A stretch of DNA of 64,000 nt from Candidatus Entotheonellaceae bacterium (lineage in GTDB: Bacteria; Tectomicrobia; Entotheonellia; Entotheonellales; Entotheonellaceae): contig OZ250173.1 of the NCBI GenBank assembly GCA_965238075.1, forward strand, positions 1 to 64,000, read 5' to 3'. Shown piece by piece: positions 37,336 to 47,237 of this stretch (the stretch's first letter is position 1; each line of letters begins with the position of its first letter). A program made the translations under genes and the position numbers. The notes below the pieces were generated by a model. That model searched no databases. It saw nothing but the letters and a program-made list of their open reading frames with translations, and was not told the DNA's origin.

Positions 37336-38982
37336 CTACCCCCTGTCCTCGAGCAGGCCCGTCACGGTGCCGTCCACGTGCAGGATGCGCAGTATCTGGA
37401 GGGCGGCGGGCACGATTGCCGCGTGCTGGTCCGCGTCCCGGCCGGCGCACAGTCGGTTGAGCACTTCGCCCACCGACGTGCGGCCATCGATCAGCGACAC
37501 CACCTGCGCCGCCAACGGGCTGCACGGCGTGCCTTCTGGGTAGCCGTCCGTTATCAGCACGTGACCCCACACGAATTCTCCCGCGCCGAGAACGGGTTTT
37601 CTCTTGATGGCTACGCCGGCGGCGAGGCGGGGAACCGCTGCCAGGAGTGTCTCGGATGCTCCCGGCTTTGTTAGTTGCGCCCGGCGCTCGGCGCGGGCCG
37701 ATTCCACGGCGCGGACGTTGCGGACGAACGGTTCCGGCGCCTCGCCCCTCTCCAGCACCACGCGCTCGTAGCCGCGCGGCGGTTGACCGGCGACCGCATG
37801 GATGAAGGCATGGCGCGGAGATAGCGATTCTTGGTCGCCCATCAGCCGCCGCGCTTCCCAGAAATACGACTCCGCCGTGCGGTTGCTGCTGTAAAAAAGT
37901 TGGGCCATGGTGCGGAAGTGGTTGTATTCCTTGCCGTACAATTCGGCATAGACCTGCCCCGCCGCCGCGGCCATGCCGGGGTCTTTGAGGGCGGTGCTCA
38001 CGTAGGCCGCGGCCAGCACGCCAGACATCAACGCCAGGTGCACGCCGGATGAAAACAGCGGGTCGATGAAGCACGCCGCATCGCCGACGAGGATGTAGCC
38101 GTCTCCCACCAGCCGTTCCGAGGTGTAGGACCAGTCCTTGACCACCTGCGGACCCGAAATCAGGTTGGCATTCTGCAGCATGCGGGCCGTGTGCGGTGCC
38201 TCGCCTACCTGATGCAGAAAAACCTCCCGTAAGTCACCCTTCGCCAAGCGTTCCTGCCCACTTTGGCTGTCGAGCACTGTGCCGACGCTCGTCCATCCGG
38301 TGTGCAGGGGAATCATCCACGACCAGCCGTGCGGATGCGCCTCAATGAAGATGTTGGTCTCGTCAGGAGCCGGCAGGCGGTCGGCGCCGGTCACGTAGCC
38401 GTAAACTGCCAGGTTGCGGAAGAAAGGATCCCAGCGCCGCAGTTGCAGGCGGCGTCCCAGCAGAGCAGCCTGGCCGCTGGCATCGACCACGAAGCGGGCG
38501 CGGGCAGTGCCGTCGTGCCCGGCGTCGCTGCGATAGCGCACGCCAGCGGCCCGGCCGTCCTCGTAAAGGACCTCGACGACCTGATGGCCCTCGCGTACCT
38601 CGACGCCGCACACACGGCTGTTTTCCAGGAGTAACTGATCGAAGACGGGCCGCCACACTTGGTAAGCGTGCGGGTTGTTCGGGTTGGCCTCGCGGAAGTA
38701 CCAGCTCCAGGGCTTATCGTCCTTGCCCCAGACCATGGTGGCGCCCCATTTGGGGAGGAATCCGGCCGCTTGCACGGCGGGTAGGACGCCCAGTTCTTCC
38801 AGGACGGGCAGGCTGGCAGGAAGGAGGGATTCGCCGACGTGGTGACGCGGAAAACGCTCGCGTTCGAGAAGCAGAACGCGCCAGCCCTTGCGGGCCAGCA
38901 TGGCGGCGGCGGTACTGCCGCCCGGGCCGCCGCCGATGACCACCACGTCGGCGTTGAGATCCGGTTGATTGGGGATCGTCAT
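37336..38982 (-). CDS. Flavin-dependent halogenase with a C-terminal PqqD/winged-helix-like domain
   Basis: GGGPGG, HVGESL, FLPKWG (catalytic Lys position), WSWMIP (WxWxIP), GDAACFIDPLFSSGV; probable start ATG 38982. Confidence 0.85.
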   Translation of the reverse strand: MTIPNQPDLNADVVVIGGGPGGSTAAAMLARKGWRVLLLERERFPRHHVGESLLPASLPVLEELGVLPAVQAAGFLPKWGATMVWGKDDKPWSWYFREANPNNPHAYQVWRPVFDQLLLENSRVCGVEVREGHQVVEVLYEDGRAAGVRYRSDAGHDGTARARFVVDASGQAALLGRRLQLRRWDPFFRNLAVYGYVTGADRLPAPDETNIFIEAHPHGWSWMIPLHTGWTSVGTVLDSQSGQERLAKGDLREVFLHQVGEAPHTARMLQNANLISGPQVVKDWSYTSERLVGDGYILVGDAACFIDPLFSSGVHLALMSGVLAAAYVSTALKDPGMAAAAGQVYAELYGKEYNHFRTMAQLFYSSNRTAESYFWEARRLMGDQESLSPRHAFIHAVAGQPPRGYERVVLERGEAPEPFVRNVRAVESARAERRAQLTKPGASETLLAAVPRLAAGVAIKRKPVLGAGEFVWGHVLITDGYPEGTPCSPLAAQVVSLIDGRTSVGEVLNRLCAGRDADQHAAIVPAALQILRILHVDGTVTGLLEDRG

Positions 38983-38998
38983 ACCCAGCGCGCCGAGA

Positions 38999-40303
38999 TC
39001 AATCGGCAACGTGCTCGGCAGCGCCCGGGGCGGCTTCGGCATGCGGGCTGTCCGCGGCGTCATCATTCGCCGCGAGCGGCTGACCGGTCGCCGGATCGAC
39101 CTCGAAGGGGCCCGGCAATTCCAGTTCCTTAGCGATTTCCTTGACCGCGGGGATGACTTCCTGCCCCATCAGCCGCAAGCTGCGCATGGCGTCGTCATGG
39201 TTCATGGCGCCGTCGCCGTCCCAGAAGAAAATGCTGCCGGGGCGCAGGTATTCCAGCACGTGGCGGATTTTGGGGATGACGGTCTTGGGGGTGCCGGAAA
39301 TCACCGTGTAATCCGCTATCTGCTGCTCATACGGCCGCCCCAAGGCACTGGCGAGGCCGCCGCGCGCCCGCGTCGCTACGGTTTGTGTCGGCAGTACGCG
39401 CTTGCGGGACGTGAGACCCGGCAGGTTGAGCAGCGCCGGGTTCACCGTCCCCTCGTTGCCGGCCAGGAACGGGTTGCTCGGCCCTTGCACGAACTTGCGG
39501 CCGGTCTGGTCCGCCAGTTCTTCGGTCTCGTCCACGTGCACCTTCCACAAGTAGCCGATGTTTTGCGGGCCGGACTGATAGCCCTCTTCGGCCGCGGTGT
39601 CGTGGTAGAGCTGGAACGCCTGCCGGGTGGGTTCGAGCTCGGTGGCCAGCATGATGTAGGGGATGCGCTGCTTGGCGGCCCACATGAGCGAATCGCGGCT
39701 CACCACGCCGGGCAGCCAGATTGGCGGGTGGGGCTTCTGATATGGTTTCACCCACGGGTTGACGTGGCGGTAATGAAAATGTTTGCCCTCCCAGCGGAAC
39801 GGGCCGGAGGTGGTCCACGCCTTGACGATGAAATCGTGCGCCTCTTGGAAGCGCTCCCAGTTGTAGTGCGGCGGGATGTTGTGCGACACGCTCTCCCGCC
39901 CGGTGCCGCGCACCCAGCCGGAGACCAGGCGCCCGCGCGAGATCATGTCGATCATGGCGAGTTGTTCCACCAGCCACATCGGGTCGTCCCACAGCGGCAG
40001 GATGTTGCCCAGCAGGACGATCTTGGCGCGGCTGGTCATGCGCGCCAGAATCGAGGCTTCCACGTTCATGGCGCCGCCCATGCAGAACGGCGTGCCGTGG
40101 TGTTCGTTGAGCATCAGGCCGTCGAAGCCCATCTCCTCGGCGTAGGTTTTCTCGTCGAGGTAGCGATTGTAAAGGTGGGCTCCCAGCTTGGGATCATAGA
40201 TGTCGTTGCTGACCGTGAGGTCCATGATGGGCTTGCCGGTGGCACCGAAATAGCCGGAGTCCGGGTCCTGGTAGGGGCGCTCGGTGAAGTACCCGATAAA
40301 CAT
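38999..40303 (-). CDS. Luciferase-like (LLM) flavin-dependent oxidoreductase
   Basis: GFDGLMLNEHH, AMIDMISRGRL, YQKPHPP, LMGQEVIP; paralog of 14742-15884; start ATG 40303. Confidence 0.92.
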   Translation of the reverse strand: MFIGYFTERPYQDPDSGYFGATGKPIMDLTVSNDIYDPKLGAHLYNRYLDEKTYAEEMGFDGLMLNEHHGTPFCMGGAMNVEASILARMTSRAKIVLLGNILPLWDDPMWLVEQLAMIDMISRGRLVSGWVRGTGRESVSHNIPPHYNWERFQEAHDFIVKAWTTSGPFRWEGKHFHYRHVNPWVKPYQKPHPPIWLPGVVSRDSLMWAAKQRIPYIMLATELEPTRQAFQLYHDTAAEEGYQSGPQNIGYLWKVHVDETEELADQTGRKFVQGPSNPFLAGNEGTVNPALLNLPGLTSRKRVLPTQTVATRARGGLASALGRPYEQQIADYTVISGTPKTVIPKIRHVLEYLRPGSIFFWDGDGAMNHDDAMRSLRLMGQEVIPAVKEIAKELELPGPFEVDPATGQPLAANDDAADSPHAEAAPGAAEHVAD

Positions 40304-40380
40304 CGGTCGTTCTCCCTGTGGTTGCGGTACGGTTGAAAACGGCGGCTGCCGCGGGTTGGGCGGCGGGCCATGCGGGGGCA

Positions 40381-41752
40381 TTATAGCACTGCTGCTTCCC
40401 GGCCCCGGTGAGCGCTAGCGTCGGTACCGCGACGCCCCACGACGCGGACCTTGAACGACTTGTTCGGACTGGGGAACGGAATCATGACGGTCTTCAAAGT
40501 GTAATTGGCCGGGACGAGTTCAAGCTCAGCCTCGTGCAGGATAGTCGCCATCGTCACCGCAATCTGCACCTCGGCAAAGCCGCTGCCCAGGCAGCGATGC
40601 GCGCCCAGACCGAAGGGCGCATAGACCTCGGGTTGCCGGTGCTCGGCGCGCTCCGGGGTATAGCGGTCGATATCGAACCGATCTGGCTCTGGGAAGTGGT
40701 CGGGCAAGTAGTGGGGCACCGTGGTCGCGATCATCACGTTCTCGCCGGCGGGAATGCGGTAACCGGCGAACTCGAACGAATTGGTGACGGTGCGTATCAG
40801 CAGCGGTGCGACGGGATACATCCGCATCGTTTCCATGGCCGCGCGATGCGTTACGTCCATGTCGTGGAGGGCTTCCCTGGCCGGCGTGCCGTCGGCGAAA
40901 AGCCGGTCCGCCTCGGACTGCACCTGAGCCAACAATTCGGGATGCTTCAACAACGCGTAGAGCATGAATGCGCAGGTACCCGTTACCGTGTGGAGTGCCA
41001 CGAGGAAAGGCCCAAGCGCATTGATCCTCAGATCTGCTTCGGGAAGGAATTGCGGATCTGACTCGTGCAAATCCAGAATGTCGTCAATCAGGTCCCGGTT
41101 ATCGCCGTTGCGATTTCGATTCCCTCCCGTGTGCCGCGCCATGACCTCCAGGTACAACTCGTCCAACCGCTCGGACGCGCCGTCGAAACCGTCGAGACCA
41201 GAGGGCTGGACGGGCGATGAACCGGCTTGTTTGAAGCACGTAGACGAAATAGTCCAGATCGTCGATATAGGCGTGCGGTGAGACGCCGCCGACCAGTGTC
41301 CCGACTTGCCCGCCGGCGATGCGCTGGAGGGCGGGGATGACCGGCCAGGGCGTATTGAGCGGCCACTTGGCCATCTCCTGTCGGGCGATGGCGGCGAGGT
41401 CTGTCACGCGATCCGCCGCGTACTGCCTGGAATACCCCCGTTTCAACGTTTTGCGCAGCGTTGCATGGTCTGACCCGTCGCTGCTGATCACCGAGCGAGC
41501 GGCGCCGTACCGGGTGACGATCGCTGACCAAAATTCAAAGGAGCGGAAATGATTTGCGCCCTCGCGCATCAGGAACCGGTTTGCTTCCACGCCGGCCAGC
41601 ACCGTGAATCGCCGGTGCAGCATGCGGATGCCGAAGACCGGCCCCAGTTCTATGTACTGCGACGTGAGAAAACCGCGGATGTCCCTCGCCATACTCAAGG
41701 CGTTGCCGACGAACGGCAGGCCGCGCGCGATGGGCAGCGTCGAAGAAGCCAT
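40381..41752 (-). pseudogene. Cytochrome P450 split by one extra base near 41179 (pseudogene or sequence error)
   Basis: N-half GLPFVGN in the ORF 41099-41827 frame; C-half ETMR, PDRF, PFGLGAHRCLG in ORF 40381-41166; removing one base gives RFRRASERLDELY and about 456 aa. Confidence 0.85.
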
Positions 41753-41806
41753 TCCCCCCTCCTTCCGCTTACGGGCCGGAAATTCAGACGGGCTATACGG
41801 AGGGGG

Positions 41807-41815
41807 ATTATAACA
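41807..41815 (-). promoter_or_regulatory. Extended -10 promoter for P450-LLM-halogenase
   Basis: Perfect TGtTATAAT, 55 nt before the P450 ATG. Confidence 0.6.
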
Positions 41816-41858
41816 CCGTGGCCCCATGATCCCAGTGGCAGATGGCGCCGCGGAGCAT

Positions 41859-41887
41859 TTGACCGCATGCTTTCCAGGTGTGACAAT
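41859..41887 (+). promoter_or_regulatory. Putative promoter for hydrolase-dehydrogenase
   Basis: TTGACC-17 bp-GACAAT with TG extension. Confidence 0.45.
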
Positions 41888-41941
41888 GCCGCCTTCACCC
41901 GACTGGTCGACGGCTTAATTTAGGAGCGAGGACAACCCACC

Positions 41942-42745
41942 ATGACGACACCTTCGGCGCCCTGGGGGGCGGACATGATTGAGGCCGGGGGCCTCAAGAT
42001 TGAGCTTGTGAAAGGCGGCAGCGGGCCGCCCCTGCTGGTGCTGCACGACGAGCTGGGGCATCCCGGCTGGTTGCGGTATCACGACGCCCTGGCTCGGCAT
42101 TACACCCTTTATCTGCCGTCGCATCCCGGCTTTGGACAATCCGAGCGCCCGGACTGGATCCTGACCATGCGGGATCTGGCCTGCTGGTACCTCGACGCGT
42201 TGGACGGGCTGGGGCTGCAGCAGGTGCCGGTCATCGGCGTCGGGCTGGGCGGCTGGTTGGCGGCAGAGATGGCGACTATGTGCCCGCGGCAGTTCGGCAA
42301 GCTGGTCCTGGTAGGTGCGCCGGGCATCAAGCCGCCGCACGGCGAGATCTACGATGTGTTCCTGGTGGTCGCCAGGGACTACCTGGCCGCCAGCTTCCAC
42401 GATGCCGCGAACTGCGCGGAGTACCAGGAATTGTACGGCGCCGACCCGACACCCGAACAGGTGGAGAACTGGGAAATGGCGCGTGAGATGGCCAGCCGGC
42501 TGAGTTGGCGGCCCTTCATGCACTCCCCGAGCCTGCCGTATCTGCTGCGCCGGCTGCGCGGGCTCCCTACCCTTCTGGCTTGGGGGCGGGAGGACGCTAT
42601 CGTGCCGTTGAGCGCCGCGGAGGTATATCAGGCGTCGATTCCAGGTGCGCAGTTGGCCGTTTTCGACCCATGCGGACATCACCCGGAAATCGAGCAGGCC
42701 GACGCCTTCGTGGAGCGGGTTGTGGCTTTTCTGGACAATGCCTGA
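41942..42745 (+). CDS. Alpha/beta-hydrolase-fold protein lacking the nucleophile Ser (GVGLG)
   Basis: LLVLHDE, PSHPGFG, IGVGLGGW, WGREDAI, CGHHPEIE; paralog of 13883-14677. Confidence 0.88.
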   Translation: MTTPSAPWGADMIEAGGLKIELVKGGSGPPLLVLHDELGHPGWLRYHDALARHYTLYLPSHPGFGQSERPDWILTMRDLACWYLDALDGLGLQQVPVIGVGLGGWLAAEMATMCPRQFGKLVLVGAPGIKPPHGEIYDVFLVVARDYLAASFHDAANCAEYQELYGADPTPEQVENWEMAREMASRLSWRPFMHSPSLPYLLRRLRGLPTLLAWGREDAIVPLSAAEVYQASIPGAQLAVFDPCGHHPEIEQADAFVERVVAFLDNA

Positions 42746-43725
42746 TGCCGAACGTTTTGATTACCGCGCGGTATTTTGCCGTCGATCCCGAACCCCTCGA
42801 TTTGCTGCGGCGGAATGGGTGCTTCATCACCCACCCGGACATTGATTGGACCCTGGGCGACGCCAACGTGTCGCAAGCCCGCGCCATTGAGCTTCTGCAC
42901 GACGCGGATGGGGCGATTATTTCGTCGGTGCCCATTACCGCAGCGGTTCTCGACGCGGTGCCGCGGCTCAAGGTCATTGTCCTGCGCGGCGTGGGCTACG
43001 ACTCGGTGGACGTGCCCACTGCCACCGCGCGTGGTATTCCGGTGGCGGTGGCGCCGGGATTCACCGACAGCGTCGCCGATTACGTGTTTGGTTTGCTATT
43101 GGCGGTGGCGCGCCAGGTGGCGCAGGCGGATCGCGTGGTACGCGGCGGGCGCTGGGAGGTGCTGGTCAGCACCAACATCGCCGGCAAAACGCTGGGCATC
43201 ATCGGATTGGGGCGGATCGGCAAGGCGGTGGCGCGGCGTGCGCGAGGCTTCGACATGCCGATTCTGGCCACCGACGTGGTGCAGGACGAGGCATTCGCGG
43301 CGTCGCACGGCGTGCGGTACGTGACGCTGGAGGAGTTGCTGCGGCAGGCAGACATTGTGTCGATCAACGCCCCATTGCAGGGCGACACCCGTCATCTCAT
43401 CGACGCGCAAGCCCTCGCCTCAATGAAGCCGACGGCGTTTCTCATCAACACGGCGCGTGGCGACCTGGTCGATGAAGCCGCCCTGGCGGCAGCGTTGCGC
43501 GCTGGCCGCTTGGCCGGTGCCGGCCTCGACGTGTTTCACGACGAACCCCTGCAGGATAGCCCACTACGTGGCCTCGACAACGTTGTACTGTCCCCTCACC
43601 TCGCCGCTTACAGCCGGGAAGGCCTACGTGAAACCGGCGTTTTGGCGGCCCGCGCCGTCCTTGCCGTGCTGGCCGGCGGTCGCCCCGACGCGGCGCAATG
43701 GGTCAATCCCGAGGCGTCCGGTTAG
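42745..43725 (+). CDS. D-isomer 2-hydroxyacid dehydrogenase (SerA-like)
   Basis: GVGYDSVD, GLGRIG, INTARG, DVFHDEP, SPHLA; TGATG coupling to the upstream gene. Confidence 0.92.
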   Translation: MPNVLITARYFAVDPEPLDLLRRNGCFITHPDIDWTLGDANVSQARAIELLHDADGAIISSVPITAAVLDAVPRLKVIVLRGVGYDSVDVPTATARGIPVAVAPGFTDSVADYVFGLLLAVARQVAQADRVVRGGRWEVLVSTNIAGKTLGIIGLGRIGKAVARRARGFDMPILATDVVQDEAFAASHGVRYVTLEELLRQADIVSINAPLQGDTRHLIDAQALASMKPTAFLINTARGDLVDEAALAAALRAGRLAGAGLDVFHDEPLQDSPLRGLDNVVLSPHLAAYSREGLRETGVLAARAVLAVLAGGRPDAAQWVNPEASG

Positions 43726-43745
43726 CGCCATCTGACCTGAGGTCA

Positions 43746-45368
43746 TTATGGCATCGTGATCAAGCCGGGCTCGTACCGTTCGCACGGCTCCAATCCCATG
43801 AGTTGGATTACCGTATTGGCAACGTTCGCCAGCGTGCGGACCTGCCCTTGCCGCAGTTGGTAGTGATTGACCCCTGCTGGGTCGTACAGGTAGAACGGCA
43901 CCGGGCTCAGGCTGTGTGAGGTCTTGGGCGGCAGCGCGGCGTCAAGGGCTTCCCAGTCGGGCACTTGGCCGGACTTGACGTCGAACATCTCGTCGCAGTT
44001 GCCGTGGTCGGCGGTGATGAGCAATACGGTGTTGCTCGCCTCGGCCGCCCGGATCAGCCTGCCCAGCATCATGTCCAGCGTCGAGACGGCCACCACCGTC
44101 GCCGGCAAATCGCCGGTATGCCCTACCATATCTCCATTCGCCAAGTTGATACGGCCAACGTCGAAGCTGCCGCTGCGCATGCGCGCCACGGTGGCGTCGG
44201 TGATCTCCGCGGCTTTCATCCAGGGCCGTTGATCAAAACGGATGCCCTCGTCCGACGGAATTTCGAGGTATTCCTCGAGGGCGCGGTCAATGTAGCCCGA
44301 CCTGTTACCATTCCAGAAGTAAGTCACGTGCCCGAACTTCTGCGTTTCGCTGCAGGCGAACTGCCGCAGCTTGCGATTCACGAAGAACTCGCTCAGGGTG
44401 TGGTCGATCTCCGGCGGCGCCACGAGGTAGTGTTCGGGGATGGCGAGATCGCCGTCGTACAGCATCATACCGGCGTAGAAGGTGTTGGGACGGCGAACCC
44501 GATCAAAGTGCGAAAAGTCTGCGTCACAGAAGGCCTTTGACATCTCGATGGCGCGGTCGCCGCGGAAGTTGAAAAAGACGCCGCCGTCGCCGTCGTGAAT
44601 CGGCCCGACGGGTTGGCCGCCCTCGTCGGTGATGACGAACTCGGGCAGATACTGATCGCCCACGTCGGTGTCCTTGCGGAAGGCTTGCAGGGCCGCGGTG
44701 AGTGACGGGAAGCCCTGCCCTTCGCCCAGCACGTGCACCCGCCAGCCCCGTTGTACCATGCCCCAATCGGCCTCGTAACGATCCATCGTGATGCGCATGC
44801 GCCCACCCCCGGATGCGGCCAGCACGTCGAAATCGGGGCTGCGCAACTCGGCCATGGTTCGTTCCAAACGCTCCACGTAGGTCTCAGCTGACTTTTCGCC
44901 CACGTCACGGCCATCGAAGAGTATGTGCACCCGGACCCGCTTGACGCCGTCGGCTTTGGTCCGCGCCAGCATGGCGTACAAGTGCTGCTCATGCGAATGC
45001 ACGTTGCCGTCGGACAGCAGGCCGAGGAAGTGCAGCGTTCGGTCGTGCGAGCCGACGTAGGACAGCAAGTCGCGCCAGGTGCGGCCCGAAAAGATGCGTT
45101 CGGAAGCGATGGCCTGCCCGACCAGCGTGGCGCCCTGCGCAAAAACCCGCCCGGCGCCGAGGGCGCTGTGCCCCACCTCGCTGTTGCCGATGTCGTCGTC
45201 GCTCGGCAGGCCGACCGCGGTGCCGTGGGCTTGCAGCGTAGTATAGAGCCCGTGTTGCCTGAGCCAGTTCATGGCCGGCGTCCAGGCGAGCCGTACGGCG
45301 TTGCCGAATCGTTCCTCACGTACCCCAACGCCATCCATGACGACGACCAAAACCCGTCTATCGCTCAC
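43746..45368 (-). CDS. gpmI: 2,3-bisphosphoglycerate-independent phosphoglycerate mutase
   Basis: MDGVG, GNSEVGH, SDGNVHS, DGRD, NFRGDRA, NGDMVGH, ADHGN. Confidence 0.95.
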   Translation of the reverse strand: MSDRRVLVVVMDGVGVREERFGNAVRLAWTPAMNWLRQHGLYTTLQAHGTAVGLPSDDDIGNSEVGHSALGAGRVFAQGATLVGQAIASERIFSGRTWRDLLSYVGSHDRTLHFLGLLSDGNVHSHEQHLYAMLARTKADGVKRVRVHILFDGRDVGEKSAETYVERLERTMAELRSPDFDVLAASGGGRMRITMDRYEADWGMVQRGWRVHVLGEGQGFPSLTAALQAFRKDTDVGDQYLPEFVITDEGGQPVGPIHDGDGGVFFNFRGDRAIEMSKAFCDADFSHFDRVRRPNTFYAGMMLYDGDLAIPEHYLVAPPEIDHTLSEFFVNRKLRQFACSETQKFGHVTYFWNGNRSGYIDRALEEYLEIPSDEGIRFDQRPWMKAAEITDATVARMRSGSFDVGRINLANGDMVGHTGDLPATVVAVSTLDMMLGRLIRAAEASNTVLLITADHGNCDEMFDVKSGQVPDWEALDAALPPKTSHSLSPVPFYLYDPAGVNHYQLRQGQVRTLANVANTVIQLMGLEPCERYEPGLITMP

Positions 45369-45428
45369 GCGGTGTCCTTCAGTTGGAGGGAACTCTTTGC
45401 CAGGTTCCCATTGCAGGCTGTCACCAGA

Positions 45429-46853
45429 CTACAGCGTCCGCTGGAGGGCTGCTTGGGCAGCGAAGTAGCCGCTCATGCCGTGCACCCCGCCGCCCGGTGG
45501 CGTGGAGGCGGAACAGATAAACAGCCTTCTGTCCGGCGTTGCGTAGGGCGTCAGCCGTACGGCGGGTCGCGTGAAAAGCTGGTGCAAATCCTGCACGCCA
45601 CCGCTGATGTCGCCGCCCACATAATTGGAATTGTATTGTTCCAGCGCCGCGGGCGCCATGATGTGGCGAGCCAGCACACGTTCTTGGAACCCAGGGGCAA
45701 AGCGTTCGATCTGGCTTTCAATGTGTTCAGACATGTCAAACGTTGAGCCGTGCGGCACGTGGCAGTAGGCCCAGGCGGTATGCTGACCGGCAGGCGCGCG
45801 GGTGTCGTCGAACAGGCTTGCCTGGGCCAGAATCACGAACGGCCGTTCGCTGTGTTGACCGTTGAAGGCGGCCTGCTCGGCGTCGGCAATTTCGTGCAGC
45901 GTGCCTCCCAGATGGACGGTAGCGGCGCGCTGGCACACCTCGGCGCGCCACGGGATCGGGCCGTCGAGCGCCCAGTCCATCTTGAAGACGCCCGGACCGT
46001 AGCGATAGCGCTCCAGTTGTCGCCGATAATAATTTGGCAGGCGATGCCCGGCCAGTGGCAGCATCTGGCGCGGCGTCACGTCCAGGAGCACAACGCGACT
46101 CGGCGGCACGTCGTCCACGCAGGCAACCGGCGCGTTTGCTTGGATCTCCCCGCCCAGTGATGTCAGATACGACGCCATGGCGTCGGCTAGGCGTTGCGAG
46201 CCGCCGCGCACGAGCGGCCAGCCGACCGTGTGCCCCAGAATGCCCAGCACCAAGCCAAACGCCGCAGTGGGGCGTTTATCGAGCGGTAGAACGGCGTGTG
46301 CAGCCAGACCGGCGAAAAGTGCCTTCGCCGCGTGGCCGGCAAACTGAGCTTCCGCCAGGGTTTGCGCCGAACGCAGGCCGGGTAGGCCGAAACGGGCCAG
46401 TAGCAAGGGGTGCCGCGGTAAGCGCAAAGGGCCCAGTAGCATGTCCATTAGCGGTTCCCAGTGCCGCACCAGCGGGGCCATCAGATCCACATAGGCACTA
46501 CCGTCGGCACCCAAGGCGACGCTGGTCCCTTGCAAGGACCGTTCGAGCAGCAGCGCCGATCCGTCGTCCAGGGGATGCGCCAATGCGGCGTCCGGCTCGA
46601 CCCAGGTCGCGCCGTGGTCGGCGAGGGGCAGCGAACGGAAAAACGGCGATGCTTTGGCCAACGGGTGAATCGCTGCGCAGACGTCGTGTACGAATCCGGG
46701 CAGGGTCAACGGCTTCGAGCGTAGCCCGCCGCCGACCGTTTCAGCGGCTTCGAGAACCAGCACCGAGCAACCGGCCCGAGCCAGCGTGATTGCAGCGGCG
46801 AGGCCGTTCGGACCGGAGCCCACCACAACTGCGTCGTAATCCACAGACGGCAT
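45429..46853 (-). CDS. Phytoene desaturase-family FAD oxidoreductase
   Basis: [35 protein letters not shown]. Confidence 0.88.
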   Translation of the reverse strand: MPSVDYDAVVVGSGPNGLAAAITLARAGCSVLVLEAAETVGGGLRSKPLTLPGFVHDVCAAIHPLAKASPFFRSLPLADHGATWVEPDAALAHPLDDGSALLLERSLQGTSVALGADGSAYVDLMAPLVRHWEPLMDMLLGPLRLPRHPLLLARFGLPGLRSAQTLAEAQFAGHAAKALFAGLAAHAVLPLDKRPTAAFGLVLGILGHTVGWPLVRGGSQRLADAMASYLTSLGGEIQANAPVACVDDVPPSRVVLLDVTPRQMLPLAGHRLPNYYRRQLERYRYGPGVFKMDWALDGPIPWRAEVCQRAATVHLGGTLHEIADAEQAAFNGQHSERPFVILAQASLFDDTRAPAGQHTAWAYCHVPHGSTFDMSEHIESQIERFAPGFQERVLARHIMAPAALEQYNSNYVGGDISGGVQDLHQLFTRPAVRLTPYATPDRRLFICSASTPPGGGVHGMSGYFAAQAALQRTL

Positions 46854-47054
46854 CAGGCGCCTCGTTTTTCGCAGGTAACGGAATTAGAGGAAACCAGTGA
46901 CGATGGCACAACCTGGAGGTTGTCGATGCGTCGCCAAGGCCGCAACAGCGCACTTTCCGGTTGACTCCGAACGCTGCTGCAAGCAGGATGATTGCCTTCG
47001 AAAGTCAGTCTCATTTGATTGCTATGGAAATGGGCTGTCCAACACCCACAAAGC

Positions 47055-47151
47055 GTCATTCCGGGCTTGACCCGGAATCCAGGACCTTCGTTTGGGGTAG
47101 GCTTCTGGCCCTCCACAAAACCTTACGGACCCCGGCTTCCGCCGGGGTGAC
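47055..47151. repeat. Bipartite palindromic repeat (GTCATTCCGG..CCGGAATCCA / GGACCCCGGC..GCCGGGGTGAC family)
   Basis: Related copies at 55780-55862 and 61656-61718. Confidence 0.65.
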
Positions 47152-47237
47152 GGGGCCTGGTTCCATCACCGTTACGTGGCCTGCAGGCCAAAAGGATTCT
47201 AACGACAACGTGTTCCGCAAGAGCAGGAGTCCGTTTT

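Noticed and set aside
41160-41200. Programmed ribosomal frameshift in the P450
   Set aside because: No slippery heptamer or homopolymer at the junction.
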